The notes under the pieces: model-generated
The model's input: the letters and a program-made list of their open reading frames with translations, nothing else
What the model was told of the DNA's origin: nothing
Databases searched by the model: none
In this document: piece by piece, positions 21,622-34,760 of the stretch
How the letters are laid out: the number at the start of each line of letters is the position of its first letter
How positions within the stretch are numbered: the stretch's first letter is position 1
Source: Polymyxa betae A26-41
Lineage: Eukaryota > Protista > Endomyxa: Phytomyxea
Length of the DNA: 64,000 nt
Direction of reading: 5' to 3'
NCBI GenBank assembly: GCA_003693705.1
Contig: RBZT01000578.1
Coordinates: forward strand, 62,001-126,000
Position numbers and translations under genes: made by a program

Positions 21622-22595
21622 ATGATGATCAACGATGTGTTGCTGATTGCAATTGTTGTCCTGGTTGTGGTGACATTGCTGTCGTTTGTCTACATTCAAT
21701 ATCGGAATTATAACCCCAAAGCTACACAATGGAATCTATTGAATCTGATGGCAGCCATCACTATCCTACTCACATTGAATTCCATTATCCCACAGCTCTT
21801 ATTAGTGGGTCGATCTGAGTCAGGATGCAAGTTTTTGCATCATTGGGCTGGTAGTTTCTACAGTCTTACTAACGGACTAGCACGTCTGTTCTTCCAGTTC
21901 CGCTCAAATCAGATAGCTCCAGATACACCAAGAGATAATCTCATTGGGAACGCAATGGTTGGCTTCATTCTGAGCATCATGATTGTCAGCATTGTAGGAA
22001 GCAATCTCACCATGGTGACCATCGTCGTACCACCCCTGAACCTATGCGTTGGCATTCCGCACAAGGTCACCTCATTAGTGTTTGTTCTGGTGTTGCCCAT
22101 GCTGATCGATTTCGCTATCAATATCCGCTTCTTCAAGCACATCTTTCGGTAAGGATTCGCCCCTGTGAAACCCTAAAACCCTAACCCCATATTCCATTCA
22201 GATCAACTCAGCAGATGTCTGGAGCCGCTGGTAGAGTTCATGCCAAAGCTCCAATGCGTCTCCTACGTGTCACATCCATATTATGTGTGTCCTGTACGAC
22301 CATGTCCCTCATCTGCATGCTGTTTCTATTCGGATTCGTCCCACTCCAAAATCCCACCTGGGTCACGGTCATACTGGCCACCGAGCAGGCTTATAACGCC
22401 TGTGCTCTAGCCTGGCCTTTTATCTACATCTTCATACGTAAACGTGTAAAGCAATATATTAGGGAGACCTACACTCTATCAGCAGCTGCTACCGTTACGA
22501 CAAATCAGTCCAAGACCGCCACCAAGATGAGAGAGATCCAGATCGAGACGAAACCAACCGCAACACCAGCTGAACATGTCACATCTCGCCAATAA
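21622..22595 (+). CDS. Seven-transmembrane (GPCR-like) protein
   Basis: Two exons joined by intron 22149-22201 (IFR|STQQMSG). About seven hydrophobic helices, with a Cys before TM3 (SGCKF), a Cys in ECL2 (LNLCV), and a WPFIY motif followed by a basic tail. Confidence 0.7.
22168..22188 (-). repeat. Telomere-like repeat (C-strand on mRNA) inside intron 22149-22201
   Basis: aaaccctaaaaccctaacccc contains a perfect CCCTAAAA unit and the CTAAC branch motif. Confidence 0.85.
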
Positions 22596-22599
22596 ACCT

Positions 22600-24060
22600 A
22601 TTCATAGGTTTGGCATTTGATTCTGTAGCAAAAATCGCGACAGATGATTGTATGATATCTGGTCTAATGGCCAATGTATAAAGACCAACCTCTTGTATTA
22701 GTATCATGAGAGCCTCATACACGTGAACTCGTTCTGGATATCCAGCTCTAATGGTGATATTCAATACACAATTTTTACTGAAACTGCCAAACTCACCACG
22801 ATAACGTTGGTAATGCTGGGAATGCATCCCCAGAAGCGATATCGCCCATACAATAATCACCCACAACGCCGGCAATGATTTAGATCTTTGGTCGTTAAGA
22901 CATAATTGCATCAAAACAATGATATTGCTGTTGCAGTCATTGTCAGAAGAACAAGAAAGGCAACATTATGGATAGAATTAGATAGTCGGAGATGTTGGGG
23001 AATACTGGAATAGGGCTTTTTGATGCATGACATCAGTACGACCCCATTCGAAGCAGAATCTTTTTGAGTGAATCCCTGCATACGTTGTCGTACAGTCCTG
23101 GATCATCATTCTGCATTTGTTGTATGTCTGAGATCCAGCATCAAAGAAGCGAATCCAAAATGCTTTCAGTATTGAGATATTCAGCCAGACCACTCCAATA
23201 CCAGCTATTCATACAATCAGTTAGAGGATCAGCACGAGCTTGATATCGATGTGATGATATGAAGGGAATAACAATCGATCCAAGATTGATCGATCCCAGA
23301 TTCTTCCAAAAACACATCGTTTTACCGCCGAATATCATCTGATTCGTGCTGGAGCAGAACCGCTTTGATATCTGCCACAAAATACCAGACATAAACTGGA
23401 ACTATAGCCATGGATTAAATGCAGAACAGATGATAGAGAATAGAGCGCCGATAGGGACGGTATGACTTCGTGGCCACACTGAGAAGTTGATAGAGAATCG
23501 ATCTATGACAAGCAGGATAATGGCAGATAACACTGATCATGAAATCGACCAATGATAAGTGATATAATGGCAACCATTGATAGAGAACGTGATCGTAATG
23601 TATCGGTTAATTCCACACCTATTAAGAGCAGGCAAACAGTTAACGAATTTGACAGAACACAGCCTTGCTGGATTACGTTTGAAGTATGCAACGTTGGAGA
23701 GCGATTATAAGAGCGAATGCAGATGAAACCCCACCAAACCATGCTGCTTTGTATCAATAGAAACGCTTTGCAAAATTCAAAGTATGAAGGTGAAGGTGCT
23801 GAGACTGCTTGACGACATCCAGCTACTCCAAATCAAGTGATGATAATCACAATAATACTGGAGATTGTGGCCGATGTCGTAGAAATCCGAACTAAATGAA
23901 GAGTATCGGGATCCGAATTAAAGTCGAACATTGCAGTAGTGAGATTGCCCCAATCATCTGCAATATGAAACCAAACTGAGATGGTCGCATTGCACGATTG
24001 CAGATTTAGTTCCATTACAGAGATGTCTTCGCCCTGCCTGCGACTCGTGATTCATTGGTA
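22600..24060 (-). pseudogene. Fragmented multi-pass membrane protein gene
   Basis: Consecutive hydrophobic ORF fragments. 23833-24015 and 23503-23757 are in the same frame, split by a TGA at 23833. Further stops and frameshifts follow downstream without clear intron signals. Confidence 0.5.
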
Positions 24061-24390
24061 ATCTGCAGTTCGAATCAATCGATGATTGTGTCATCCGTTG
24101 TCCAAGGAGATCATCGATCTGAGAAGGTCCCGGGCCTGCTGGTGACACCCTCAAACCCCAACATCTGTTCAAAATTCGATATTAGCTCGGTCTGTTCATT
24201 GTTACACATCATACTAGTAATTAGCAACATTGAGGTCCTGCAAACCAGGGAGTCTTCAATACAAAATCCTCAACTCGACAATGCTCAACATTTTTCTTTC
24301 GGTTTCACATGAATCAGAGATATTTAGTGCATTGCGAATCGATACAGATTTTATATTTAAATAGAGATGTTGGGCTTAGCTGAGTATACA

Positions 24391-27300
24391 CTACCAGAAT
24401 GGGCACCAACCGATATAACATTGACATAGATTCTCATGCGAAGTCGCTTGCTGGATTAATCTTTGGATTTGCTCATCAACATCCTAACATCGAACAGTCA
24501 GATTCGGAGCCTGGTCTCATGGGAATCGAGTTCTTCATTACCAGAGTTTCTGAGGCGAAATCCCGTCCAGTCAGCTTGTTGCTGACCCTCTCGATAACCG
24601 CCAGCGCCCTCTCATTCAAATCTTGTAAATCGACGTTGGGTTCAGCTGCTTGAACTGACACCAGAGTCGATCCTAATTCTATAATAAAGAATCCAACCAT
24701 CAAGCGGAAAACGTCACTGACTGGGTCGATACGATTGTGAGTCCTCAAGGATGGACGAAGAACGGAAATGACTCTGCAGAACCGAGGTTTCATCATTGAT
24801 TTCGTTCTTATCGGCCACCTCGATCGCTTCACCTGGGACTGATATTTCCGCCTTAAGCAAACGCCAATTGATAAGAGGATCATGTACGAAGGCCTGGAAG
24901 AAGATTGGGCTTGATTTTGGAAATATCATTTCAGTAGCGTTACCTCTAGAACCGCCATCAGGCTGTCTTTCTGCTCGCGCATAACGCGCATGACCAGTTC
25001 ACAAGTAGAGCGGAAGTTGCCCTCAATTCCTGACACCTCCATGGCATTGATCAGCATTCGGGTCAGACGGAAGGGGATTTTCTCGGGGAACTATCGATGT
25101 CGAAACGCTATTAGGGAGGTTGAAGCAGCTGTATAAAGGAAAGAAACCGACCTTCTCACGAGTCATCGCAACTTCGAAGCAATCGCCGAAATCGATATGG
25201 ATGATCTTTCCGGTAACACGATCGATCATCATATTGCATGGGTGTCGGTCACCAAGACCCAGGATGTACCCGACCATTGATGCAACGGCTAACGATCGTG
25301 TAAAATTCGTGCGCCGATCGAGCCAGGCTGATCAATACGCACTCAGGAAGTATCACAAAATGGATTGAAATAGAGAATACTTTCTGAGTTTCTGGATTTT
25401 AGCCATAGGACGTTGTGCAAATCCATGCCGGACGTATTAGCCAGCGCATACTCAAACACCTTAACGCAGATAAGGAGGAACGCCCGAAAATGAATGCGAT
25501 TTGGATCAACGAACCTCGATTTTTTGCATGATGGTCAACTTAGCATAGTCCGGAGTCATTTGTGTCATCAAGCGATGCTCCATGTTGAGAAGCAGTTTGC
25601 GCGAATCACGATATTCTTTAATAAGGGCATGCATGGTGTCACAATTCGGCATCCATTCAATCAGACCCACATTGGGAGCCAGTGGAATCACCGAATACCT
25701 GAGCGATACATTAGATGAACTGATTCTGAACACAGCAGGAATGCGACCTTTTAATATCAAGGTCGTGCGTTGCTGTACGACGATCAGTGCGCAGCATGAT
25801 GTTGACCAGACCGAACAGCTGCATGACACGCTCATCCTGACGAAGGTCTTCGTGCCCTTTCAAGAGGAATACGTAACTTTTCCCATCAGAACCGTAAATA
25901 GTCAGTCGCCTTCAGCCTGATATCAGAGATATGATCTATATAATGGGGCGATTGTTGGACCTTGGTCTTTGCTTGCTCTCGATGACTTTTAGGACAGAAT
26001 GGAACTTGTTGATCGTGATAACATCAAAATTCTCGGGGTCACCGCCCATCGATTGAACATTGCAAAAATAGGTTCCGGGCACAGCCAGTTGCAAATCGTG
26101 GACATTGAGGAGCTTAGGCGACGATCGGTGTAGTTCCAGATCCGCGATCGTTGTCATCTGTTTCGAGATTCGTCGAAAGATGTGACAGTACAGTTCCCAG
26201 GCCGCACTGAGATCAGCATCATTGCTAGTTTTCATGTATGATAGACACCATTCGCGAGCTTCCTTTAAATCGCGCCCGAACTGTTGGTGGAAAGAAATCT
26301 CGCGCATCGTCTCCGGTCCCTGTTCCATCATGTCGTGTAACGGCATCAACAGCGACAGCATGGCGGGAATGTTTTTGGCACCAAAGTACAGTAGCGAAGC
26401 CTCTTCGAGTGCCGCATGCCACATTTCATGCCATAAGATTGCAACACGAATCAATTCTTGTGAGACCAATAATGCCTAAAATATAATCAGTGATTTCACT
26501 GAATGATAGGCGAGGCTGTCAAACCTGCTCAACAAGCTGTGGCGAGTGCTTCCTCATATCTTCCAGTACCTCCTCGGCTCCCAGGCGCCTATCTTCCGAT
26601 TGCGATTTCGACGCGACCGTGAGCGGATAAATCAAGGCTTGCGGATGTCGACGGCCGAGACGACAGAGCAGCTCGATGATTAACGGACGAATACTTGGAG
26701 TCGATGTATGGATACGAGCGATTACCTGCGGAATGACCTGGACCCAAGTATCGATGCACGATGCTTCAAGGTTCTGCTTGAGTGCATCGAAACATTCGGG
26801 ATTGTCACCGAACCGAAACATCAGATCCAGGATCCGGAGAGCATTTTGTAGACTGCCCTCGGCCCTACAAAGTGACACGACCCGGAAAAGACTACAATCA
26901 GAACCTCAGTACGGCACCATTACCCCAAATCAAACAGATAACATACGCGTTGATGGCCGACAGCGTATACGTCATTTGTGAAGACGACCCGGACGAGGTC
27001 AGTCCGTAATTGAACAGCGCGAACGACTGCCATGCCTTCAGCTCGTTGATGTTATCTGCACAAATCTGAATTGAGGCAATTGTTCTCGACATACTGATCC
27101 TCGTCCTACCGTAAACAGTGGCTTGGCGCAGCAGCCCCAAGATCTCATCTTGATTCTGTAGTAAAGTTCCTGAGCGCTGAAAACCCCGAGTTACATGATT
27201 CAAGCACGGCAACCTAAGCGAGGCTGCTCACGTTGGATTCGTCCTGGATCCAAATTGCCAGTTTTCGGTAAGCGCTGGTTGCCAACAGCGACAAGTCGTT

Positions 27301-30300
27301 GGAAATAGCCGTTGTCGGTAGGTCGGCGATGAATTCGCGAAGGAGTTCTATGGCCTCATTGCGGCGCCCAGTGGCCCAGATATGTTTACACATGGCAAAC
27401 CTGCGCCCGACGATGAATGCGAACGCAGCGATAAATGGATGACGCATTGTACCGAGCGGACGGAAGAGTCGGGTCCAGCGACTGAATTGTTCGCAAAGAG
27501 ACACTCAGCAAAGGTGGTGATGATTTGCGACAAAGCGATGAAAATTTCAGGCGGGTCGCGACCTGAGATCAGACTGAGAATAGAGCAGTTGAAGACGAGG
27601 CGGCAGCTCACATCAGATGACGAATCAATCACCAATGATCGAACCGCAAGGAGTGATTGCCATATGTCGACATCGGCCTGACAGCCGTATAGACGTTTGG
27701 TCCACATCGTCTGCAGCATCTGACGGCGCGATTCATTGTTGCATTCGCGATATTCAATGACTTCTTCAAGCTTTGTGTATGCGATAAGAAACAGCACGCG
27801 CAGGATGAAAAGTGATGGTACCTCTCCTAATTGCTGCAACCGAACAATCTCCGAATACGTTCTGCGATATCCTTTACTAACAAGCGCCCCGATAGAGGCG
27901 CTGCGTGCAATCCGATCCTTTTCAATGAATTCCCTAGCCGTATCATACTCGCCCTGATGCACAGCCAGGACAGCGCGAAAAAAGGTGCTACTGTAGTTCT
28001 AAAAACAACTATAAATATCAAACAGAAGTAATAACGAAATACAAAGCCAAATGACGAATTTTTCAAACATAAAAAAATCTTAAGCCGGCAAAGGCGTCGA
28101 GTGGCCTACTGGTACATAGGCGAGAAAATGAAACGCAGAAATAGACTCGCATACCAGACTCTCACTAGAGATCGGCTGGGGTCTTAACGGCTCCATTGAT
28201 GCATCATCAGTGGCTTCCATTGCTTCAATAAAAGTGGAGATATCGTCCCATTCGCTAAGATGCCACGACGCCTGACAATGGGTAAGTTGAGAGCTATGCT
28301 GAGCATCAGAATAGCACGAGCCTGCGCGCCCAGAAACGCCATCCGCTGGCGGATAGAAATGTCGTGATCGGCAGTCTTGGGCCACCAAATGTCCTTTATG
28401 AGCACACGCAGACGTTCCCATTCACAAAGTGCCTAAAAACGCATCAGAACAAAATTTCGAACGACGGCTCCAGCCAAATTACGCTGAGGGATCGCATTCG
28501 CCCCAGTGCGAATTCGGGGTTGATCGGATCGGAAAGCTGTTTGCGCTCATAGGCGTGTAGGGCATCAGTCCAGCGATGCAGCTTCTCGTACCATTCTTCG
28601 CGAATTTCACAAGTCGAAGCTGCTTCGAACTGACGGCTGTATTCTAAGATACCAACTGCGAAGCAATCAGGGCGATGTTAGAATCGGGTGAGGGAGAATT
28701 GACCAGCTGCTTCTGGCTGCTGTAGCTGGTTGTTAATGGCGATTAAGGCTTCAACGGCAGATGTGGTGGCCGAAGCATTAACTCGAAATTCGCACTCTTT
28801 GTAATGTAACGCCTTTGAGATGCTCAGAAACCGGCAGAAGGAATGTTGATGAGGTGTATACTTTGGCGAAAGCGTGGCATTTAATAGCCAGATCAGCCAA
28901 GGTGCTGATTGTAATAGGTAATGGATTCCCTTCATGTTCCATGAATTCCGCCTATGACACAAGATACTCACTGAACAAGTTATCGGAAGATAGCGTTGCT
29001 GTAGAACTGACCAGATTCAGGAGCGTTTGCAACAGCTGAGGTGGCGCCGTCGGTGATGAGAAAGCTGTAGATTTTCAGAAATTGTCTATGTAAAAACATC
29101 AAACAGCACCGATTTCCAGAGATCGTAGCAGATCGTCCTGATATTGGTCGTACAGCTCATTCCAGCAAGACACGAACGCCACATTAAATCTATTCTCATG
29201 ATTGAGAAGGCATGAAAAAATAGAAAACCGATTTTGAAATACAGTTCTTGAGCAAGTGGGTGATGTTTTTGTGCCAGCGCCGAGCATGATCGCAAGGCCG
29301 GACTGGGTGATTCCTTCAACAGTTCAACAGCAAAACGCCGAAGCCATTCGATCCAGTCATCGCGCGACGAACGCTGCGACGCCTCCCAAGCCTGAAGAAG
29401 TAAGCACAGAGAAGCCAAATTAACGATCGCAGCTTTAAACCTTCTTCAGGTTTGACTGCGAAACATGAAGCTTTTTAACAGGACCAAGTCCTTCTAAAGC
29501 AGCGACCGGAGTGGCTCCAAGCAGACTTGTAGGCTCCGGCGCTGACGATGGAGCATGATCAACAAAAGGGACGCGGGAACAGGACGCCGTCACTGGGTTT
29601 AAAACAGCATTCAGCAGAGAGAAATAACGCGTTGCAGGCAACTGGTGCTTCGACAGGACCTTGCTAACCTGATTACACCTAAGTTCATTGGGGAAGAACG
29701 CGATTCGTAATAATCAAGACCAATGGAACAAAGACGGTAAAGTCTTTGCCGAGCTGGATTAACAAGGAGCAAAGAAGGTCCAGGATGGCAATTCGTAGCT
29801 CGGCGGGAGTGGTGTCGGCGTTCAAAATTCGAACCAGAGGATGGATGATTCGAGAAGCGTAACAGTTCTATAAGCAGCCAATTACAACAAGTGATAGCAC
29901 AAGCTGAAAACAAGTTGCATCGCACAAAACAATAAGCACTATGGCACCGCAAAGGTCATGTGTGATGACAAATGCTTCAAACAAATCCAGAAAAAAAACC
30001 ATGCGATCGTATGAAAAAACCGACCAGCTGATTAAGGGGACTATTGATGAGGGCAGACAGAGCTCGGATACATTGGGACCGAACATTAATTGGGACTTCA
30101 ACTGCTGCACATAGCTTGATTAAAACTGGGATCACCAAAAAGAAATAATCGTTGAGATTAGGCGCCATAATCTCGATTGCATGAATACAATGAGAAACGT
30201 TCGTGAAAGACATCTGCGATCGATAATGAAGAATCTCGAGAAGATGAGGTAGGAGGTTGGGCAGGAAGACCTACGAAAAATCAACATTGAGGTGGACACA

Positions 30301-33300
30301 CGTTCATTGATCCGACTTTGAATTCATCTTTGAGGGCTAATGAGATTTCTTCAATGAGGGTCAATATCGGAGAAAGCAGGTTCGGCTGTAAAACATGTTG
30401 AGATCGCTCCCAATTAAACATGAGAGCCAACCTCTTTCCAACACTCGTAAATCAGCTGAAAAATCGGTTCCAGAGAGGTGCGTATATGCTGCTGGACGAT
30501 CATGACAAGAACTCCTGAAACTTCTATCAGCGCGTATATGGTAACCTAACAGGTAACTGAACCGATTTGTTGAAAAAGCGCTTCTCGAAGACTGTCATCC
30601 GAAGTGGATCTCATCACTGAAAGAAACGCTGGGATCAGCTGTGGTAGGAAAGGAACACCCTGGATTCCTAACGACTTGAAAATAAACATGACCGCTTGCG
30701 TCACCTACAAGTTGAGGTTAATATTAGGCTGCGAGCAGAAAAGACTCTGAACCATGGAATGATGCTGCGATAACGAGGGCGTACTAAGTATTCTCATTAG
30801 AGCCTCAATGGCAACAGTTGGATAATAATCATCGTTTGAGGCGGCAGCTTCTTGCAGCGGCGTTTCGCTCTGTCAGGAAATCAAGATTCGAAGCTGCTCC
30901 GGAAAAATGTGGGACACCGACCTCGATGATATCTTCGGTGGATTGCCTTGTCAAACTATTATTTATCTGAGATTCCTGAAAGGGGTCTAACGCACCCAAA
31001 ATGCCAACAGTTCTCAAAGCTTCATGTCGAACTGCTAGTGACACTTCCTCTGTTTTTAATGAATCTAAAAGCGTAGGCCTATACATATTTAAAACAGAGC
31101 AACAGCATAGGTCCATCGCTTACATGAGCTGTTTATAGGTAATATATGGTTTGATAACGGCGCCGGTGCTCAGGACAAGCTGACCCAGAGTACGTAAGGC
31201 AACTTCACGCTTTAGCATCGAGCTCCGGTCTTGAAGTGCATCAACAATGATTGGCATTAGAAGGTCGAAGTGCTATCAGAATCAGAAAACAGCAAGCGTT
31301 GGATATTAAGTTATAGAACCTGAAGCATATCGGTACCGCCAACAGAAGCCAGTTCTCCAAGGGTTGAAAGAACGCACGACGCTACACCCGGGTCCGTATC
31401 CTTGCCAAAAAGAGTCAGCAAAACCGGGTAGATCGCCGACTTTTTGAAAGCTTACGCGTAACTTCGGAACGAGAACCTGAAGAATTGGAAAAACATAGGG
31501 CGAAATCAGATGCTGGGCGGCTTTGATCAGATGACCAAGCAATGTGCAGCTTTGCTCGCGATGGCGCGCATCCGGTGATAATTGCAGCTCAGTCAGAAGC
31601 TGGATCAACGTCTTACGCAGAGAAGGCATCACATAGGCAGGATTTCGTATTGCAAGTCTGCCAATCACTGAAATCGCAACACAGCGAATCGCAAATATCT
31701 AATGCACAAAGTTAGCGCTGACAAAGAATGGGGCTCAAATTATCCCGGCGAAAAGTATCATTGTAAAAGCAACTGTAAACCTCGTCATTTAATGCAACGA
31801 AGAGCGACTGTAGGTTCTCCGACTGGGCGAGAAAACGGTCGAATGATGGGTGCAGATTGCTGAGGACCGTCAAACGTACATCGGCGACAGAGTCGGCGAT
31901 GCCAACTCGAAGCAGACGTTCCATGACACTGGCCACGGTAAGGGTTTGCTGACGAGACATCGATGGCTCGGTCTCGCCAGTGTGCCGTTGCAGAATTCTA
32001 GCACAAGTAATGCAGGCTTGTTTTCGAATAAACGGAACTTCGTGCTCAAGGTAATCGACCAATATATCACGAAGAAATGGAAACAAATCGATCGACTGCA
32101 TGATAATTAATCCACAGAAGAAGATCAGAGACCCAACATTATTACGTTGAGATTGAATGCACCGAGGGTCTGCAACCCCAAAGAAATCATATCGTAAGGC
32201 GTATCGGAGCCGTTGCCTCCGCCAACAGAGCTGCCGATCTCGATTGCAGCATCTATTAAAGTTTACAATGCAAAAAAGAGGGCACTCCGAATCAGTTACC
32301 AATGTGATCCAATATGCTTAAGACGTTATACAGGCTAGGCACACGCTTGCAATGTGACCCTGAGCCGTGATCATCTGATGTCAAAATTGAGAGCAGACAC
32401 GACATCAGCCTTGCTTGTATAGGGTCAAGAAGCTATATTAGAATCGTTAGAGCCAGGAGTATCAAACAACGAAACAAAATCGCCAGAAAATAGCCATTCC
32501 CAGTCACTGTTCAGACTCAAGGCTAAGTAGGCGAGCAATGTCAACGGAAGCAAAATTCCAAATTACTTGAGGTATGTTATCGACAATTTTGGCCAGAGCA
32601 TCGACCAGTGGCTGCGACAGTCCAGGTCGAAAGGCCAGTTCCAACAGAGGAAGCTCACTGGAATTCACATCGCTTCGCTCGGGTGACAGATAGGGCAGCA
32701 ACGATGGTCCCACAGCGACAGCCAACGAGCCCAGGCATGATAAGCACGAGAAAAACGAAGATGGCCGCTTCGACTTGACATTCAGGAAAGACTGGAGATA
32801 CCAAAATCAATTCCAATCGAAAAAATCAGCACGATCGCTTACTCTCAGCAAATGAAAAGTTAAAGGAAGTCGTGGCAGTATCTTTTCACGAACGGAAAGG
32901 GCAATCTCACCCAAAGAGACTAATGCCAGGTCCCGGAAAGTACACTGTGAGTTGGTGCTGAGCGACGACGACGAGCCTGCCAACTCCAATTTTAAAAAAT
33001 CAAAAACACCAGCCGCTAACACAGACTTTGCAATGTTTCGATAAGATGGTCAAGAGCTGGATTTAGATATGCCCTAACGAAAGCGTCGGATGCGTATCGT
33101 GCCAGAATCGGCAATGTCTGAATAACTGCTTCACGAACGGCAGCTGAGCGATGATCTCGAAATGACAGCGTCAATTCACACGTCTACGCCTTTCTGTCAA
33201 ACGCAGCCAAATGAATTGGCCAAAAAGCAAACCTCTTTGAATCGTGCGATCATGAAATCGTCTTTTGTTCGCAGAAGCTCCTGTACAGTAAGGATACTGC

Positions 33301-34006
33301 CGTGGATGGTATCCGGGTTTGCCAATGCGAGTCCTTTCTTTGCTTCAGCCCAGATGTGAGCATACCATTGTACGCGCCATCGGCTACCGCGCTTTCGAAT
33401 GACTTGCAGCGTCGATCGCAGAGCCTTCACAGCCGTTTGCCGGATGGTCAGCAACGGGTCATGCAGCGCGACCCAAATATGGTTGATAAAGGTGGAGACG
33501 TGCTGATTGAACAGTGTTGGGACGTTGTCGGCTAACTCTTTCAGGACCAGTACGGCAGCAAGGCGCCGATGTTCATAGCGGTCACCTTCGAGCCATTCTA
33601 AGGCCCGCTTCACTTCGAATTCGACAAAATCTGGAGTCAATGCACCACCAGCACGAGCTAGATGTCCAAGAGCTGCGGAAGCCCTTTCTAAAATTGTCGG
33701 GTCGGAACTCGAGACGGCCATGCGTAGATAGTTCGCGAATCGAATGATTTTCGTCTCGTTCTCCTCATACTGGACATCGATAAGGTTGTCGATGACAGTG
33801 ATGCCACAGATCTTTTCGCTGACTGACGACGAATTGACAAGGTCGAAGATGCGGCGGTTCAGCTCATTCATGAGGCGAGTGAACGCTTCAGCGTTACGTT
33901 CGCGCGATTCGCGAAGAACGAAGCGCCGAAAGGGTTCGACATCGCTAGGCGCCCCGCTGAGCCGATGCAAGACCAGATCGATCTGATTGGGACCCGTCAT
34001 GGGCAT
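24391..34006 (-). CDS. TOR: Serine/threonine kinase TOR, many exons
   Basis: N-terminal HEAT repeats ([19 protein letters not shown]), FAT domain ([18 protein letters not shown]), FRB ([15 protein letters not shown]), kinase domain ([43 protein letters not shown]) and FATC ([22 protein letters not shown] at 24391-24393). Confidence 0.97.
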
Positions 34007-34760
34007 GGCCGGACGGGACCTCCCAGTTCAGGACGGGCCTCGCCTGCTAATGATAAAGAGGCTGTAACGATATTTTTGACGCCGTGGAGGAACTATCTCT
34101 CTTCAGTCTCCAGATACATACAGTACTTTCCAGCTTTGCAGCATTTGTCAACATGCTTCGGTCTCAATCCAGGCTAGACTTGGTTACGACACTGGCTTTT
34201 TGTGTCTAATGGTAATTGTTTCCTTCATGTGTATCGGCAATCGCGCACCGGGGCCAGCAAGAAGTCGATCTGCTCGAGAAAGCAGAATGTAAAAGCAGCA
34301 GTATCTTCATTTATTTCCATCGGGCATAAAACATTTGCTATAACCGCACAATTGGAAAGGCGTGTAATATTTAACGACATGCATAACTACAAGTGTCTTG
34401 CATAACAGTATTCTTCCATAGATCGATGTTCTTACCTCAACAAGTCGGCGAATGAAAGCTCTCTGAGACAGTTTGGAGCTTCTGGTATGTACGTCGACGA
34501 ACCTGTTTATTCGAACGAGATGTTGCAACAATTTTTTGTGACTGGCTTCCGTATGGATATTGAAAGTCGGTTGGTGTATGGATCAATGCGGCGCGCCTTT
34601 TGAATCGATCTACTTCCGATCGACCTATCATTTTCAGTGCATTCACTCATACCCTAACCATAGGGCGGCATCAGATTCATTCAGTCTGCAATCACGCCTG
34701 GCCAAGGGCCTATTGCATATAACTTGGTGAGGCAGGTCGATAGCGTTGCTAGTAGACTTC

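Noticed and set aside
24391-34006. Alternative genetic code or frameshifting to explain fragmented ORFs
   Set aside because: The breaks I checked resolve with short GT-AG (one GC-AG) introns using the standard code.
34437-34646. Small minus-strand ORF between TOR and the TPX2-like gene
   Set aside because: It may be a first exon of a small gene, but I could not support a gene model or domain.
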